Source: Candidatus Omnitrophota bacterium
Lineage (GTDB): Bacteria; Omnitrophota; Gorgyraeia; Zapsychrales; Fredricksoniimonadaceae
Reading direction: 5' to 3'
DNA: 57,711 nucleotides
NCBI GenBank assembly: GCA_015233675.1
Contig: JADFXH010000012.1
Span: forward strand, 1 to 57,711
How positions within the stretch are numbered: the first letter of the stretch is position 1; every line of letters starts with the position of its first letter. The notes beneath the pieces are model-generated. The model was not told the origin of the DNA. It ran no database searches and saw nothing but the letters and a program-made list of their open reading frames with translations. Of this stretch, positions 27,230-36,003 are shown piece after piece. The position numbers and the translations under genes are program-made.

Positions 27230-27279
27230 CAAGCAGTAAGAAGCTCTGTGGACATGAACTCTTGGGACTCAGGCGAGTC

Positions 27280-27314
27280 AAGCCAGTTGCAAAACTCGTC
27301 CAACAGAGCCAACT
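27280..27314. repeat. attR-like end of island B
   Basis: aagccagttgcaaaactcgtccaa plus gagccaact; the minus strand reads LDEFCNWLDSPESQEFMSTELLTAC*. Confidence 0.7.
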
Positions 27315-27330
27315 TTAACAGTTTTATTGG

Positions 27331-27363
27331 GGCTGTCCGTTTTAAAAATGGACAGCCTTTTTT
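27331..27363 (+). terminator. Intrinsic terminator, probably the displaced tRNA-Gln terminator
   Basis: ggctgtcc-gttttaaaaat-ggacagcc-tttttt. Confidence 0.75.
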
Positions 27364-27399
27364 CTTGTTTTTAACCCAAGAGGTCTTTACAATTAATTC

Positions 27400-29112
27400 A
27401 TGGAATTGCTAAAGAAACGCAGTTTTACCTGGGACCTTTTTTACATCGGACTTATCCTCTTTTTTTCTATCCTTATTTCCTTGCCTCTTTTTAAAGGGCA
27501 ATTTATCTGCAGCAGTGATTACGCCGGGACATTGAGAAACCTTTTAGCCATGAAGCAGTGTTTAGGACATGGCCAGTGGGTGGTACGATGGGTGCCTGAC
27601 CTGTATTTTGGGTACGGTTATCCCCTCTTTAATTTTTATCCTCCGTTATTTTATATTCTGGGAGCTATGATAGCGAATATTGGCGCAGGAATAACCATGG
27701 CCTATGATCTTTCTTTATTTATTATTCTTTTTCTTTCGGGCTGTGCGATGTACCTTTTTGCCCGAGAGCTTTGGGGGAAGCAAGGAGGGTTTGTTTCTGC
27801 GACGGCTTATCTTTTTGCCCCTTATCATATGGTGGACCTTTACATGAAGGCGGCTGGCGCTGAAACCATGTCTTTTATTTTTTTGCCTCTTATTTTATGG
27901 TCTTTTTATAAATTACAGCAAACATCTTTGAAGCGTTACATCGTATACTCGGCCTTATCCTGCGCGGGACTTCTTTTGACGCATAATTGCACAAGCATTA
28001 TTTTCTTTCCTTTGGTGCCTTTTTATATTTTATTGCTTTTTTGGCCGTATTCTTCCTGGCAACGATGGATATCTTTGATGCACAGCTTTCTGGTTTTGGC
28101 GCTGGGAGTTGGATTGGCCGCGTTTTTCTGGCTGCCGGCGTTTGTCGAGAAGAAATTTGTGCACGTGGAATTAATGGGGCAAGGCAATTTAAATTTTAAA
28201 GAAAACTTTGTATATTTTAAGGACTTGATCTCACCTGGTTGGGGCAATAATATGCCTTATTTTGGCAGTCCTCATATGGTTAGCCGTATCGGCATTGTGC
28301 ATGGCCTGTTGGTGTTAATCGTGCTGTTGGGTTTTAAGAAAATTGTTGAGCACAACCCGCGGCTAAATAGACAGATTTTTTTCTTCCTTGCGGCCCTGAC
28401 AGGATCAATCTTTCTTACTATTAATTATTCCATGGTTATTTGGGAGCATATCCGTGTTTTACAGTATTTACAGTTTCCTTTCAGGTTTTTGACTGTTGTT
28501 GTACTTGCGGGCAGTGTTATTGCCGGGGGGGTCGTTTTATGGGTACAGCAGGAGCATCGCTTTAAAGTAATGTTTGTTGCGGTTGTATTGATTTTTTTGA
28601 CAAACTTTTCTTATTGCCACCCGAGAGATACCTTTCCCTGCGACTTAAGGCTTGTCAAGACTGACCCGGGCAAATTTCTTTCCGTATTAGTTCCCCAAGA
28701 TGGAGGGGACTATATTCCGATTTGGGTCAAAAACGGGGTCAAGGGATTACCGAGTTCTATGCCATTACAGAAGCTACAATCGTTTTCAAAAGAGGGTCAA
28801 GTTATTGATTCTACAAAAAGATCACCTTTACGCTACAGGTTCATGGTCCAAGCGCAAAAGGTATCGATATTTTGTTTTAATAGTTTTTATTTTCCAGGAT
28901 GGACGGTAAAAGTGGATGGGCACTATGTAGAAGTTTTAACAGACAATCCTTGGGGGTTCATTATTTTTCCATGTCCTCAGGGTGTCCATAACGTGGATAT
29001 CTATTTTGGGACAACCCCGTTACGCCAAATGGCCAAACGCATCACGATAGGTTCCTTGATTCTGCTGGGGCTGGTCTTTATATTTCCGTTTAGAAAATTT
29101 AATACTGGTTGA
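27400..29112 (+). CDS. Polytopic GT-C-type membrane protein (PTPS-related/YfhO-like)
   Basis: GQWVVRWVPDLYFGYGYPLFNFYPPL, AYLFAPYH, LQFPFRFL, YFPGWTVKVDG. Confidence 0.75.
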   Translation: MELLKKRSFTWDLFYIGLILFFSILISLPLFKGQFICSSDYAGTLRNLLAMKQCLGHGQWVVRWVPDLYFGYGYPLFNFYPPLFYILGAMIANIGAGITMAYDLSLFIILFLSGCAMYLFARELWGKQGGFVSATAYLFAPYHMVDLYMKAAGAETMSFIFLPLILWSFYKLQQTSLKRYIVYSALSCAGLLLTHNCTSIIFFPLVPFYILLLFWPYSSWQRWISLMHSFLVLALGVGLAAFFWLPAFVEKKFVHVELMGQGNLNFKENFVYFKDLISPGWGNNMPYFGSPHMVSRIGIVHGLLVLIVLLGFKKIVEHNPRLNRQIFFFLAALTGSIFLTINYSMVIWEHIRVLQYLQFPFRFLTVVVLAGSVIAGGVVLWVQQEHRFKVMFVAVVLIFLTNFSYCHPRDTFPCDLRLVKTDPGKFLSVLVPQDGGDYIPIWVKNGVKGLPSSMPLQKLQSFSKEGQVIDSTKRSPLRYRFMVQAQKVSIFCFNSFYFPGWTVKVDGHYVEVLTDNPWGFIIFPCPQGVHNVDIYFGTTPLRQMAKRITIGSLILLGLVFIFPFRKFNTG

Positions 29113-29126
29113 TTCTTAGCGAGCGT

Positions 29127-29159
29127 CCCTCTCCCTTTCCCTCCCCTTAAGGGGGAGGG
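29127..29159. repeat. REP-like palindrome
   Basis: ccctctcccttt-CCCTCCCC-ttaag-GGGGAGGG. Confidence 0.6.
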
Positions 29160-29203
29160 AATTTTTTCTTAATACAGACCTGTTACGAAAAATAAAAAAA
29201 CAC

Positions 29204-29232
29204 TTGCAATTTATTTGTTTTTATTTTATACT
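29204..29232 (+). promoter_or_regulatory. Sigma70 promoter of the sulfur amino acid operon
   Basis: TTGCAA, 17 nt spacer, TATACT. Confidence 0.7.
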
Positions 29233-29292
29233 ATACTAACTTGATAGATTTAGATGGGAATGCTTTAGAATATTTTTTGAAAGAAGAAAAAA

Positions 29293-29382
29293 ATGAAAAA
29301 AACTTTTAGCGCTATTTATATGATGATGTGTTGCTATATGGCGATGTGCCGCCTTAGCGGCGGGGGAGGTCTTCCTGTGTGA
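29293..29382 (+). CDS. Met/Cys-rich leader peptide MKKTFSAIYMMMCCYMAMCRLSGGGGLPV
   Basis: 5 Met + 3 Cys in codons 10-19; lies between the promoter and a terminator upstream of metY/cysK. Confidence 0.85.
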   Translation: MKKTFSAIYMMMCCYMAMCRLSGGGGLPV

Positions 29383-29413
29383 CGCATCATTTAACAATTA
29401 GGCATGACGGGAC

Positions 29414-29460
29414 AACCCACTGCTAATACAAGGATAATAAAGCAGCGGGTTTTTTGTTTT
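29414..29460 (+). terminator. Attenuator terminator
   Basis: aacccactgct/agcagcgggtt stem followed by tttttgtttt, upstream of the first structural gene. Confidence 0.8.
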
Positions 29461-29478
29461 ATAAATTTGGAGGACAAA

Positions 29479-29670
29479 ATGAGTAAAAAGCAGAACCAAA
29501 AGAATATTGTGAATGATGCCATTATCAAGGATATTGCGGAAGCTGTCGGATCATTAGAATACGGAATAGTCACAATTAAAGTGCATGAAACTAAGATCAT
29601 TCAAATCGACATTACTGAAAAAAAGCGCTTTGATGATGTCTGGCGCATTGAAGGAGGTGGTGGAATATAG
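29479..29670 (+). CDS. YezD/DUF2292-like small protein with an EGGGGI tail
   Basis: GSLEYGIVTIKVHETKIIQIDITEKKRF; GGAGG RBS; ATG at 29479. Confidence 0.8.
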   Translation: MSKKQNQKNIVNDAIIKDIAEAVGSLEYGIVTIKVHETKIIQIDITEKKRFDDVWRIEGGGGI

Positions 29671-29754
29671 ACATCTTATATTAGAGAAGTTTGCTGTAAA
29701 TTGACCGTACAAAACGGCAATGTTAAAAAAATCAATAAAAAATAAAAATCGAAT

Positions 29755-29802
29755 GATTTTACCAGATAACTGGAGAATCCAAGCTAAATCAGGAGGATTC
29801 TT
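29755..29802 (+). promoter_or_regulatory. Overlapping alternative hairpins at the next RBS
   Basis: gattttaccag-ataa-ctggagaatc competes with gagaatcc/ggattctt, which overlaps AGGAGG. Confidence 0.45.
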
Positions 29803-29805
29803 AAA

Positions 29806-30669
29806 ATGAAACACGTAATCAAATTAGCATTAATCGTTTTAGGTGTTATTTTTGCTGGAAATCAGGCTTGGGCAGGACTTCCTTTAAATAACCTGGAAGG
29901 CGTTGGCGGTGTTGCGTTTAATCCGCTGGCGTATCCCGCAGAAGGAGACCCTCTCTATAGTATCGGAGATACCGAGGTCATAAGCAAGCCAAGGTTTGGT
30001 ACATGGTACGCCCGCCTGGAGCAACCAAAGATCGATTGGGGGTCTATTGGGGGTGCCACGACCTTATTTAAGAGATTAGAAGTTTCAGAAGGTTATCAAT
30101 ACATTTCATGGGCGATTCCTGGGAAGGATTTCCATAAGAATAATATTGGGGCCAAACTTGTGTTATTGCCGGAGAATTCTTTTGATACAAAGTTTCTTCC
30201 CGAAATCTCTGTTGGAACGATTTATAAAACAACGAGCGATAAAGTCCTTCGTCAACTGGGATTGCCGACACACGGATCAGGTGAGGATTGGTATGCTGTC
30301 GCGACGAAAACAATCACTCAGCTGCCTTTGCCGGTTGTCCTGTCAGCTGGTGTTCTTTCGTCAGAAGAGGTTGGGACCGGTGTTCTTGGTTTTACAAATG
30401 AAAGAAGAGAAACCGCTTTTGGAAACGTTGATGTTGTTCTGCCGCACAACTTTGCTGTGGGCTATGAATTCAAACAAGGAGAAGAATACAATAATACAAC
30501 ACCAATACATGGAAATGCCAATTATTGGGATGTGCATGTGGCATGGCTGGCGAATAAGAACCTTACTCTTGTTTTGGCCTATACCGATACGGGAAGGTAC
30601 AATCTTGCCCATAATACAAAGTATGGATTGGGAAGCGGGCCTGTTTTAAGCGCGCAATATGCGTTTTAA
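29806..30669 (+). CDS. Outer-membrane beta-barrel protein (DUF3034-like)
   Basis: Signal peptide ...AWA, LEGVGGVAFNPLAY, alternating strands, C-terminal YAF. Confidence 0.6.
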   Translation: MKHVIKLALIVLGVIFAGNQAWAGLPLNNLEGVGGVAFNPLAYPAEGDPLYSIGDTEVISKPRFGTWYARLEQPKIDWGSIGGATTLFKRLEVSEGYQYISWAIPGKDFHKNNIGAKLVLLPENSFDTKFLPEISVGTIYKTTSDKVLRQLGLPTHGSGEDWYAVATKTITQLPLPVVLSAGVLSSEEVGTGVLGFTNERRETAFGNVDVVLPHNFAVGYEFKQGEEYNNTTPIHGNANYWDVHVAWLANKNLTLVLAYTDTGRYNLAHNTKYGLGSGPVLSAQYAF

Positions 30670-30675
30670 AGAATT

Positions 30676-30716
30676 CCCCCTGCCCCTCTCTTTTTTATAA
30701 TGAGAGGGGCAGGGGG
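30676..30716. repeat. Perfect 15-bp inverted repeat inside the operon
   Basis: ccccctgcccctctc-11 nt-gagaggggcaggggg; no U tract after the stem. Confidence 0.8.
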
Positions 30717-30721
30717 CGTAA

Positions 30722-32059
<1,338 letters not shown>

Positions 32060-32068
32060 GAGGGGTTT

Positions 32069-33004
32069 ATGGCAAAAATATTTATAGACATCACTAAAAC
32101 CATTGGCAACACGCCGTTAGTACGGCTAAATCGCATCACCGAAGGCAGTGAGGCAGAGGTGCTGGTAAAACTGGAATCCTTTAATCCGCTTTCAAGCGTT
32201 AAGGACAGGCTCGGAATTGCGCTTATTGAAGATGCTGAAAAAAAAGGACTTCTTAAAAAAGACACAGTCATTATCGAGCCTACCAGCGGCAATACGGGAA
32301 TTGCCTTGGCTTTTATTGCTGCGGCTAAAGGCTACAAATTGATCCTTACTATGCCGGACACCATGAGTCTTGAGCGCAGGCAATTACTTAAGATTTTTGG
32401 AGCTGAGTTGGTCTTGACTGAAGGGTCAAAAGGCATGAAAGGTGCTATTGAAAAAGCCGAGGAACTCGCTCGCAGCACACCTAACAGCTTTGTCCCGCAG
32501 CAATTTAATAACCCTGCTAATCCTGAAATTCACCGCAAGACTACGGCTGAGGAAATTTGGAATGATACTGATGGTAAAGTTGACATCCTGATTTCCGGCA
32601 TAGGAACGGGAGGTACTATTACAGGTGTGGCCGAAGTCATAAAAAAAAGAAAGAAAAGTTTTAAGGCAATTGCCGTCGAGCCTGATGCTTCTCCGGTTTT
32701 GTCCGGGGGTGTTCCCGGGCCGCATAAGATCCAGGGCATAGGTGCCGGGTTCGTGCCCAAGGTTTTAAATCGTGATATCATCGATGAGGTTATCCGCGTT
32801 ACCAATGAAAATGCCGGAGAAACTGCACGTCGTGCCGCTCGTTTGGAAGGCATTCTTGTTGGGATTTCAAGCGGAGCTGCTTTGTGGGCAGGACTCGAGG
32901 TTGCTAAACGCAAAGAAAATAAAGGGAAAACCATTGTTGTGGTATTGCCGGATACCGGCGAACGGTATCTGTCAACATGGCTTTTCCAAGAAGTTAAGGC
33001 ATGA
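32069..33004 (+). CDS. cysK: Cysteine synthase A
   Basis: [52 protein letters not shown]. Confidence 0.96.
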   Translation: MAKIFIDITKTIGNTPLVRLNRITEGSEAEVLVKLESFNPLSSVKDRLGIALIEDAEKKGLLKKDTVIIEPTSGNTGIALAFIAAAKGYKLILTMPDTMSLERRQLLKIFGAELVLTEGSKGMKGAIEKAEELARSTPNSFVPQQFNNPANPEIHRKTTAEEIWNDTDGKVDILISGIGTGGTITGVAEVIKKRKKSFKAIAVEPDASPVLSGGVPGPHKIQGIGAGFVPKVLNRDIIDEVIRVTNENAGETARRAARLEGILVGISSGAALWAGLEVAKRKENKGKTIVVVLPDTGERYLSTWLFQEVKA

Positions 33005-33044
33005 CGAGCGGATACTCTTTGAGCTTGATGAAGGGTAATTAATT

Positions 33045-33308
33045 ATGGAAAATAAAAAGTTACGTATTTATTGCCCGAATGGACTTCATTTACGAGAAGC
33101 GGCCCGCGTTGTTACGGCTGCAAGAAAATTTATTTCTAAGATCCAGATTTGGCATAATTCTACCAAAGCCGATACGCATTCAATCCTCGAGGTGTTATTG
33201 TTGGGGGCCCCTCAAAATTCAGAAATCACATTGGTGATAGAAGGGGCGGACGAAAAAGAGGCAATGAATGAATTAATGCAGATATTTCAGGATGGGGGAG
33301 GGATTTAA
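33045..33308 (+). CDS. HPr-like phosphocarrier protein with a C-terminal FQDGGGI tail
   Basis: CPNGLHLREA (His15 equivalent), HSILEVLLLG (Ser46 equivalent), GADEKEAM. Confidence 0.85.
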   Translation: MENKKLRIYCPNGLHLREAARVVTAARKFISKIQIWHNSTKADTHSILEVLLLGAPQNSEITLVIEGADEKEAMNELMQIFQDGGGI

Positions 33309-33745
33309 ATAGAATACGTTGGTGCTTTTTTAACTGATTCAACCTGATCTGCCAGATCAGCGAAAGTGATATGATCTACAACATCGGAAGTTAATTTAAA
33401 CACCTTTTGCCAAATTGGCCGGAATGCGCATTTGTATAAGTCTCCGCAAGCGGTGTATTTTTTGTTGACGCAGGCAATAGGTTCGAGCGGACCATCGACA
33501 AATCGTACAACTTCTCCTAAAGTTATATTTTGGGGCGGCCTGGAAAGTAAATAGCCGCCAACCTTGCCTCGGCGGCTTTCAATAAAACCGCCTTTTTTGA
33601 GTTCTAATAAAATTTGTTCGAGAAATTTAGTAGGAGCATCAATGCGACTTGCAATTGCAGGAATGGTAACTAATCCTTCGTGATAGTGAAGCGCTAAATC
33701 TAGAATTGCTTTTAACGCGTAGTCGCCTTTATGAGTAATTTTCAT
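33305..33745 (-). CDS. Rrf2-family regulator (IscR/CymR-like)
   Basis: KGDYALKAILDLA, FLEQILLELKKGG, SRRGKVGGYLL, three Cys, ends PTYSI. Confidence 0.92.
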   Translation of the reverse strand: MKITHKGDYALKAILDLALHYHEGLVTIPAIASRIDAPTKFLEQILLELKKGGFIESRRGKVGGYLLSRPPQNITLGEVVRFVDGPLEPIACVNKKYTACGDLYKCAFRPIWQKVFKLTSDVVDHITFADLADQVESVKKAPTYSI

Positions 33746-33777
33746 ATATTATCCTATAATCTCCATTGACATAATGT

Positions 33778-33805
33778 AGTATAAAATATTTTTTGTTTTA
33801 GTCAA
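33778..33805 (-). promoter_or_regulatory. Sigma70 promoter for the Rrf2 gene
   Basis: Minus strand TTGACT, 16 nt spacer, TATACT. Confidence 0.6.
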
Positions 33806-33853
33806 GGCAGTATTTTTAATTTGCTTTTTTAAAAAATATGTGTTAAGCTTTTA

Positions 33854-33869
33854 ATGTAAAGCTTTACAT
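33854..33869. promoter_or_regulatory. Palindromic operator 1 (LacI-like)
   Basis: ATGTAAAGCTTTACAT, perfect 16 bp, just downstream of TTGCTT-17-TAAGCT (33821-33849). Confidence 0.75.
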
Positions 33870-33913
33870 AATAAAAAGAGTCAGTGATTTTTAGGGGGTA
33901 TTTTTTTATTAAG

Positions 33914-33935
33914 TTTATGTAAAGCTTTACATAAA
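33914..33935. promoter_or_regulatory. Palindromic operator 2 (LacI-like)
   Basis: TTTATGTAAAGCTTTACATAAA, perfect 22 bp; same core as operator 1. Confidence 0.75.
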
Positions 33936-33953
33936 TAACAAAGAGAGGACTTT

Positions 33954-35975
33954 ATGGCCAAAAATACTGCTTTGAATGCCGGTCAAAAGATCTTAAACCT
34001 TTTAGTTTTTATCTTCTTTGCAGTTTTTTGTTTGATAATTCCTTCCCTATTAAAAGCTCAAGAAAAAGATAATCCGAATGTTGAAAATTTTTGGAAAAAT
34101 TATTTTCAAGGCAATCTTTTGCCTAAACAGGCATTCAAATTGAACAATCCGGGGCAATCCGTTTTTATGGAGTATAGCAAATATGGTGAATTTCATAATT
34201 TAGGAGAAGCCAATTACCGGTATGCAATTAAGGACAAGGCGGCTTTACAGGAAGCTATAGGAGAGGGGATTTATCCTAATATGGATGTTTTTAAAGATCC
34301 GCAATACCGCAAATTGAATAAACAGGGACTGCTTGACGGGAATCCCTGGGAATATGTGCATTCAAAAGATTTTGAAAAGGCCTTTTATATATGGACTCAG
34401 GCTCAAGAGGATCCGGGGGTCAGAACGTTTTATACGGGCAAGGTTTTGGAAAATGCCGGCCTTATTACGCAGGCAATTAAGTCTTATTATGCGGCGATTG
34501 TTTATTTTCCGCACTCGGCCGCCTGGGCCGCTGACCATTCTTTTGTCTGGTATATTGCGCCGACGGCCATCAGTTCAATTCAGCGTTTGTGCAGGGATTA
34601 TCCTGAGCTTAGCTGTGAACTTAAGGGAGCTTCATTTGAGGTTCAAAAGGGGCTGGCTGTAGATTTAAGTCAGGACATCATTAAAGTTAACCCGGGAAAA
34701 ATAATTCGTAAAACTATCCAGGAAAAAATTAATGAAATGCCTAAGCTGGGTTCTTTAAAAATAGCGGAAACCAGGGGAAATGGTTTGGTCAGGATGATTA
34801 AATTTGCTAATGGCGAATGGCAAATGTTGGTTGAGGGAAAACCATATTTTATCAAAGGCATAACCTATGCGCCTACTGAAGTTGGGCTAGGCCCCAGCAA
34901 GGATTTCAATTTTGATGCCAGATGGATGTCCTCTGACAAAAATAAAAATGGGACCATTGATGCTCCCTATGAGGCATGGGTGGACGATAAGGGGCAAGGC
35001 GGCCAACACAAACCTATTGGTGATTTTGAGTTACTCAAAGAGATGGGGATCAATACTATCCGTATTTACGCGCCTAATAATCCCATTAGTAAATATGATC
35101 CAACCCTGGTTAATAAACCGCTTTTGCGTGATTTGTATAAAAAATTTGGCATTAAAGTGATCATCGGAGATCCGTTAGGCGCTTATACTTTGGGTTCGGG
35201 AGCCTCCTGGGAAAAAGGAACAGATTATACCGATCCCCTGCAACTGGCAAAGATGAAGGAAGTCGTAAGGGCAAAGGTCATGGACCTCAAGGATGAGCCG
35301 TTTGTACTTATGTGGGTTATAGGTAATGAAAATAATCTGCCTCCTAAATACTTAGGAGTTAATGCGAGCAGGACCAATGCGGCCTCACATCCTGAAGCAT
35401 ACGCCAGATTTATCAATGAGATTGCGCAAATGATTCACGAAATTGACGGCAACCATCCTGTTGCTGTCGGGAACCTTGAATTAGGCCTCATAGATTATTA
35501 TAAACAATATGCGCCTGCCATTGACATATTAGGGGTCAACTCTTATCGGGGAGAAGAAGGGTTCGGGGCTCTTTTTATTGATGTTAAAAAAGAGCTGGAT
35601 AAGCCTGTTTTAATAACGGAATACGGTTGTGATGCTTATACGCAGGCGCAAGGGCCGGATGAAGACAGGCAGTTAAAATATCTTCAGGGAAATCTCCATG
35701 ACATTATTTATAATATGCCGGGAGGTCCCGGCGTTGGCAATACCATCGGAGGGGTTGTTTTTGAATACCTGGATGAATGGTGGAAGGCGCCTAATGATCC
35801 CGAAGACCATCAATCAATCGCCTATCAACAAATGGGACAGTCGCCCGACGGATATATTCATGAAGAATGGTTTGGGATTGCAGGTCAGGGCAACGGCAAG
35901 AATTCACCTTTTGAAAGGCATTTGCGCAAGTCGTATTATTATTTGAAAAATATTTTAAACAGTATACCTGAATAA
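33954..35975 (+). CDS. Secreted clan GH-A (GH2-like TIM barrel) glycoside hydrolase with an N-terminal helical module
   Basis: YFIKGITYAP, MGINTIRIY, WVIGNENN (acid/base), KPVLITEYGCD (nucleophile), FEYLDEWWK. Confidence 0.75.
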   Translation: MAKNTALNAGQKILNLLVFIFFAVFCLIIPSLLKAQEKDNPNVENFWKNYFQGNLLPKQAFKLNNPGQSVFMEYSKYGEFHNLGEANYRYAIKDKAALQEAIGEGIYPNMDVFKDPQYRKLNKQGLLDGNPWEYVHSKDFEKAFYIWTQAQEDPGVRTFYTGKVLENAGLITQAIKSYYAAIVYFPHSAAWAADHSFVWYIAPTAISSIQRLCRDYPELSCELKGASFEVQKGLAVDLSQDIIKVNPGKIIRKTIQEKINEMPKLGSLKIAETRGNGLVRMIKFANGEWQMLVEGKPYFIKGITYAPTEVGLGPSKDFNFDARWMSSDKNKNGTIDAPYEAWVDDKGQGGQHKPIGDFELLKEMGINTIRIYAPNNPISKYDPTLVNKPLLRDLYKKFGIKVIIGDPLGAYTLGSGASWEKGTDYTDPLQLAKMKEVVRAKVMDLKDEPFVLMWVIGNENNLPPKYLGVNASRTNAASHPEAYARFINEIAQMIHEIDGNHPVAVGNLELGLIDYYKQYAPAIDILGVNSYRGEEGFGALFIDVKKELDKPVLITEYGCDAYTQAQGPDEDRQLKYLQGNLHDIIYNMPGGPGVGNTIGGVVFEYLDEWWKAPNDPEDHQSIAYQQMGQSPDGYIHEEWFGIAGQGNGKNSPFERHLRKSYYYLKNILNSIPE

Positions 35976-36003
35976 AATACCAACAACCATAAGGGGGTAA
36001 GAT

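Larger units (their letters stand above)
25364..27314. mobile_element. Degraded older island B
   Basis: Begins with a recombinase remnant, ends at an att-like copy gagccaact, followed by a terminator. Confidence 0.7.

Noticed and set aside
29240-29470. SAM riboswitch or T-box upstream of metY
   Set aside because: No ATCxAGAG...GCAACC SAM-I core or T-box motif recognised; the leader peptide explains the region
29391-29478. ORF-track starts at 29404 and the minus ORF 29391..29600
   Set aside because: They run through the attenuator hairpin; the RBS supports ATG 29479
29671-29745. In-frame continuation after the yezD TAG (TSYIREVCCKLTVQNGNVKKINKK) as stop read-through
   Set aside because: An open stretch of 24 codons in AT-rich DNA is expected by chance; no SECIS/PYLIS-like evidence; read-through would bury the terminal Ile
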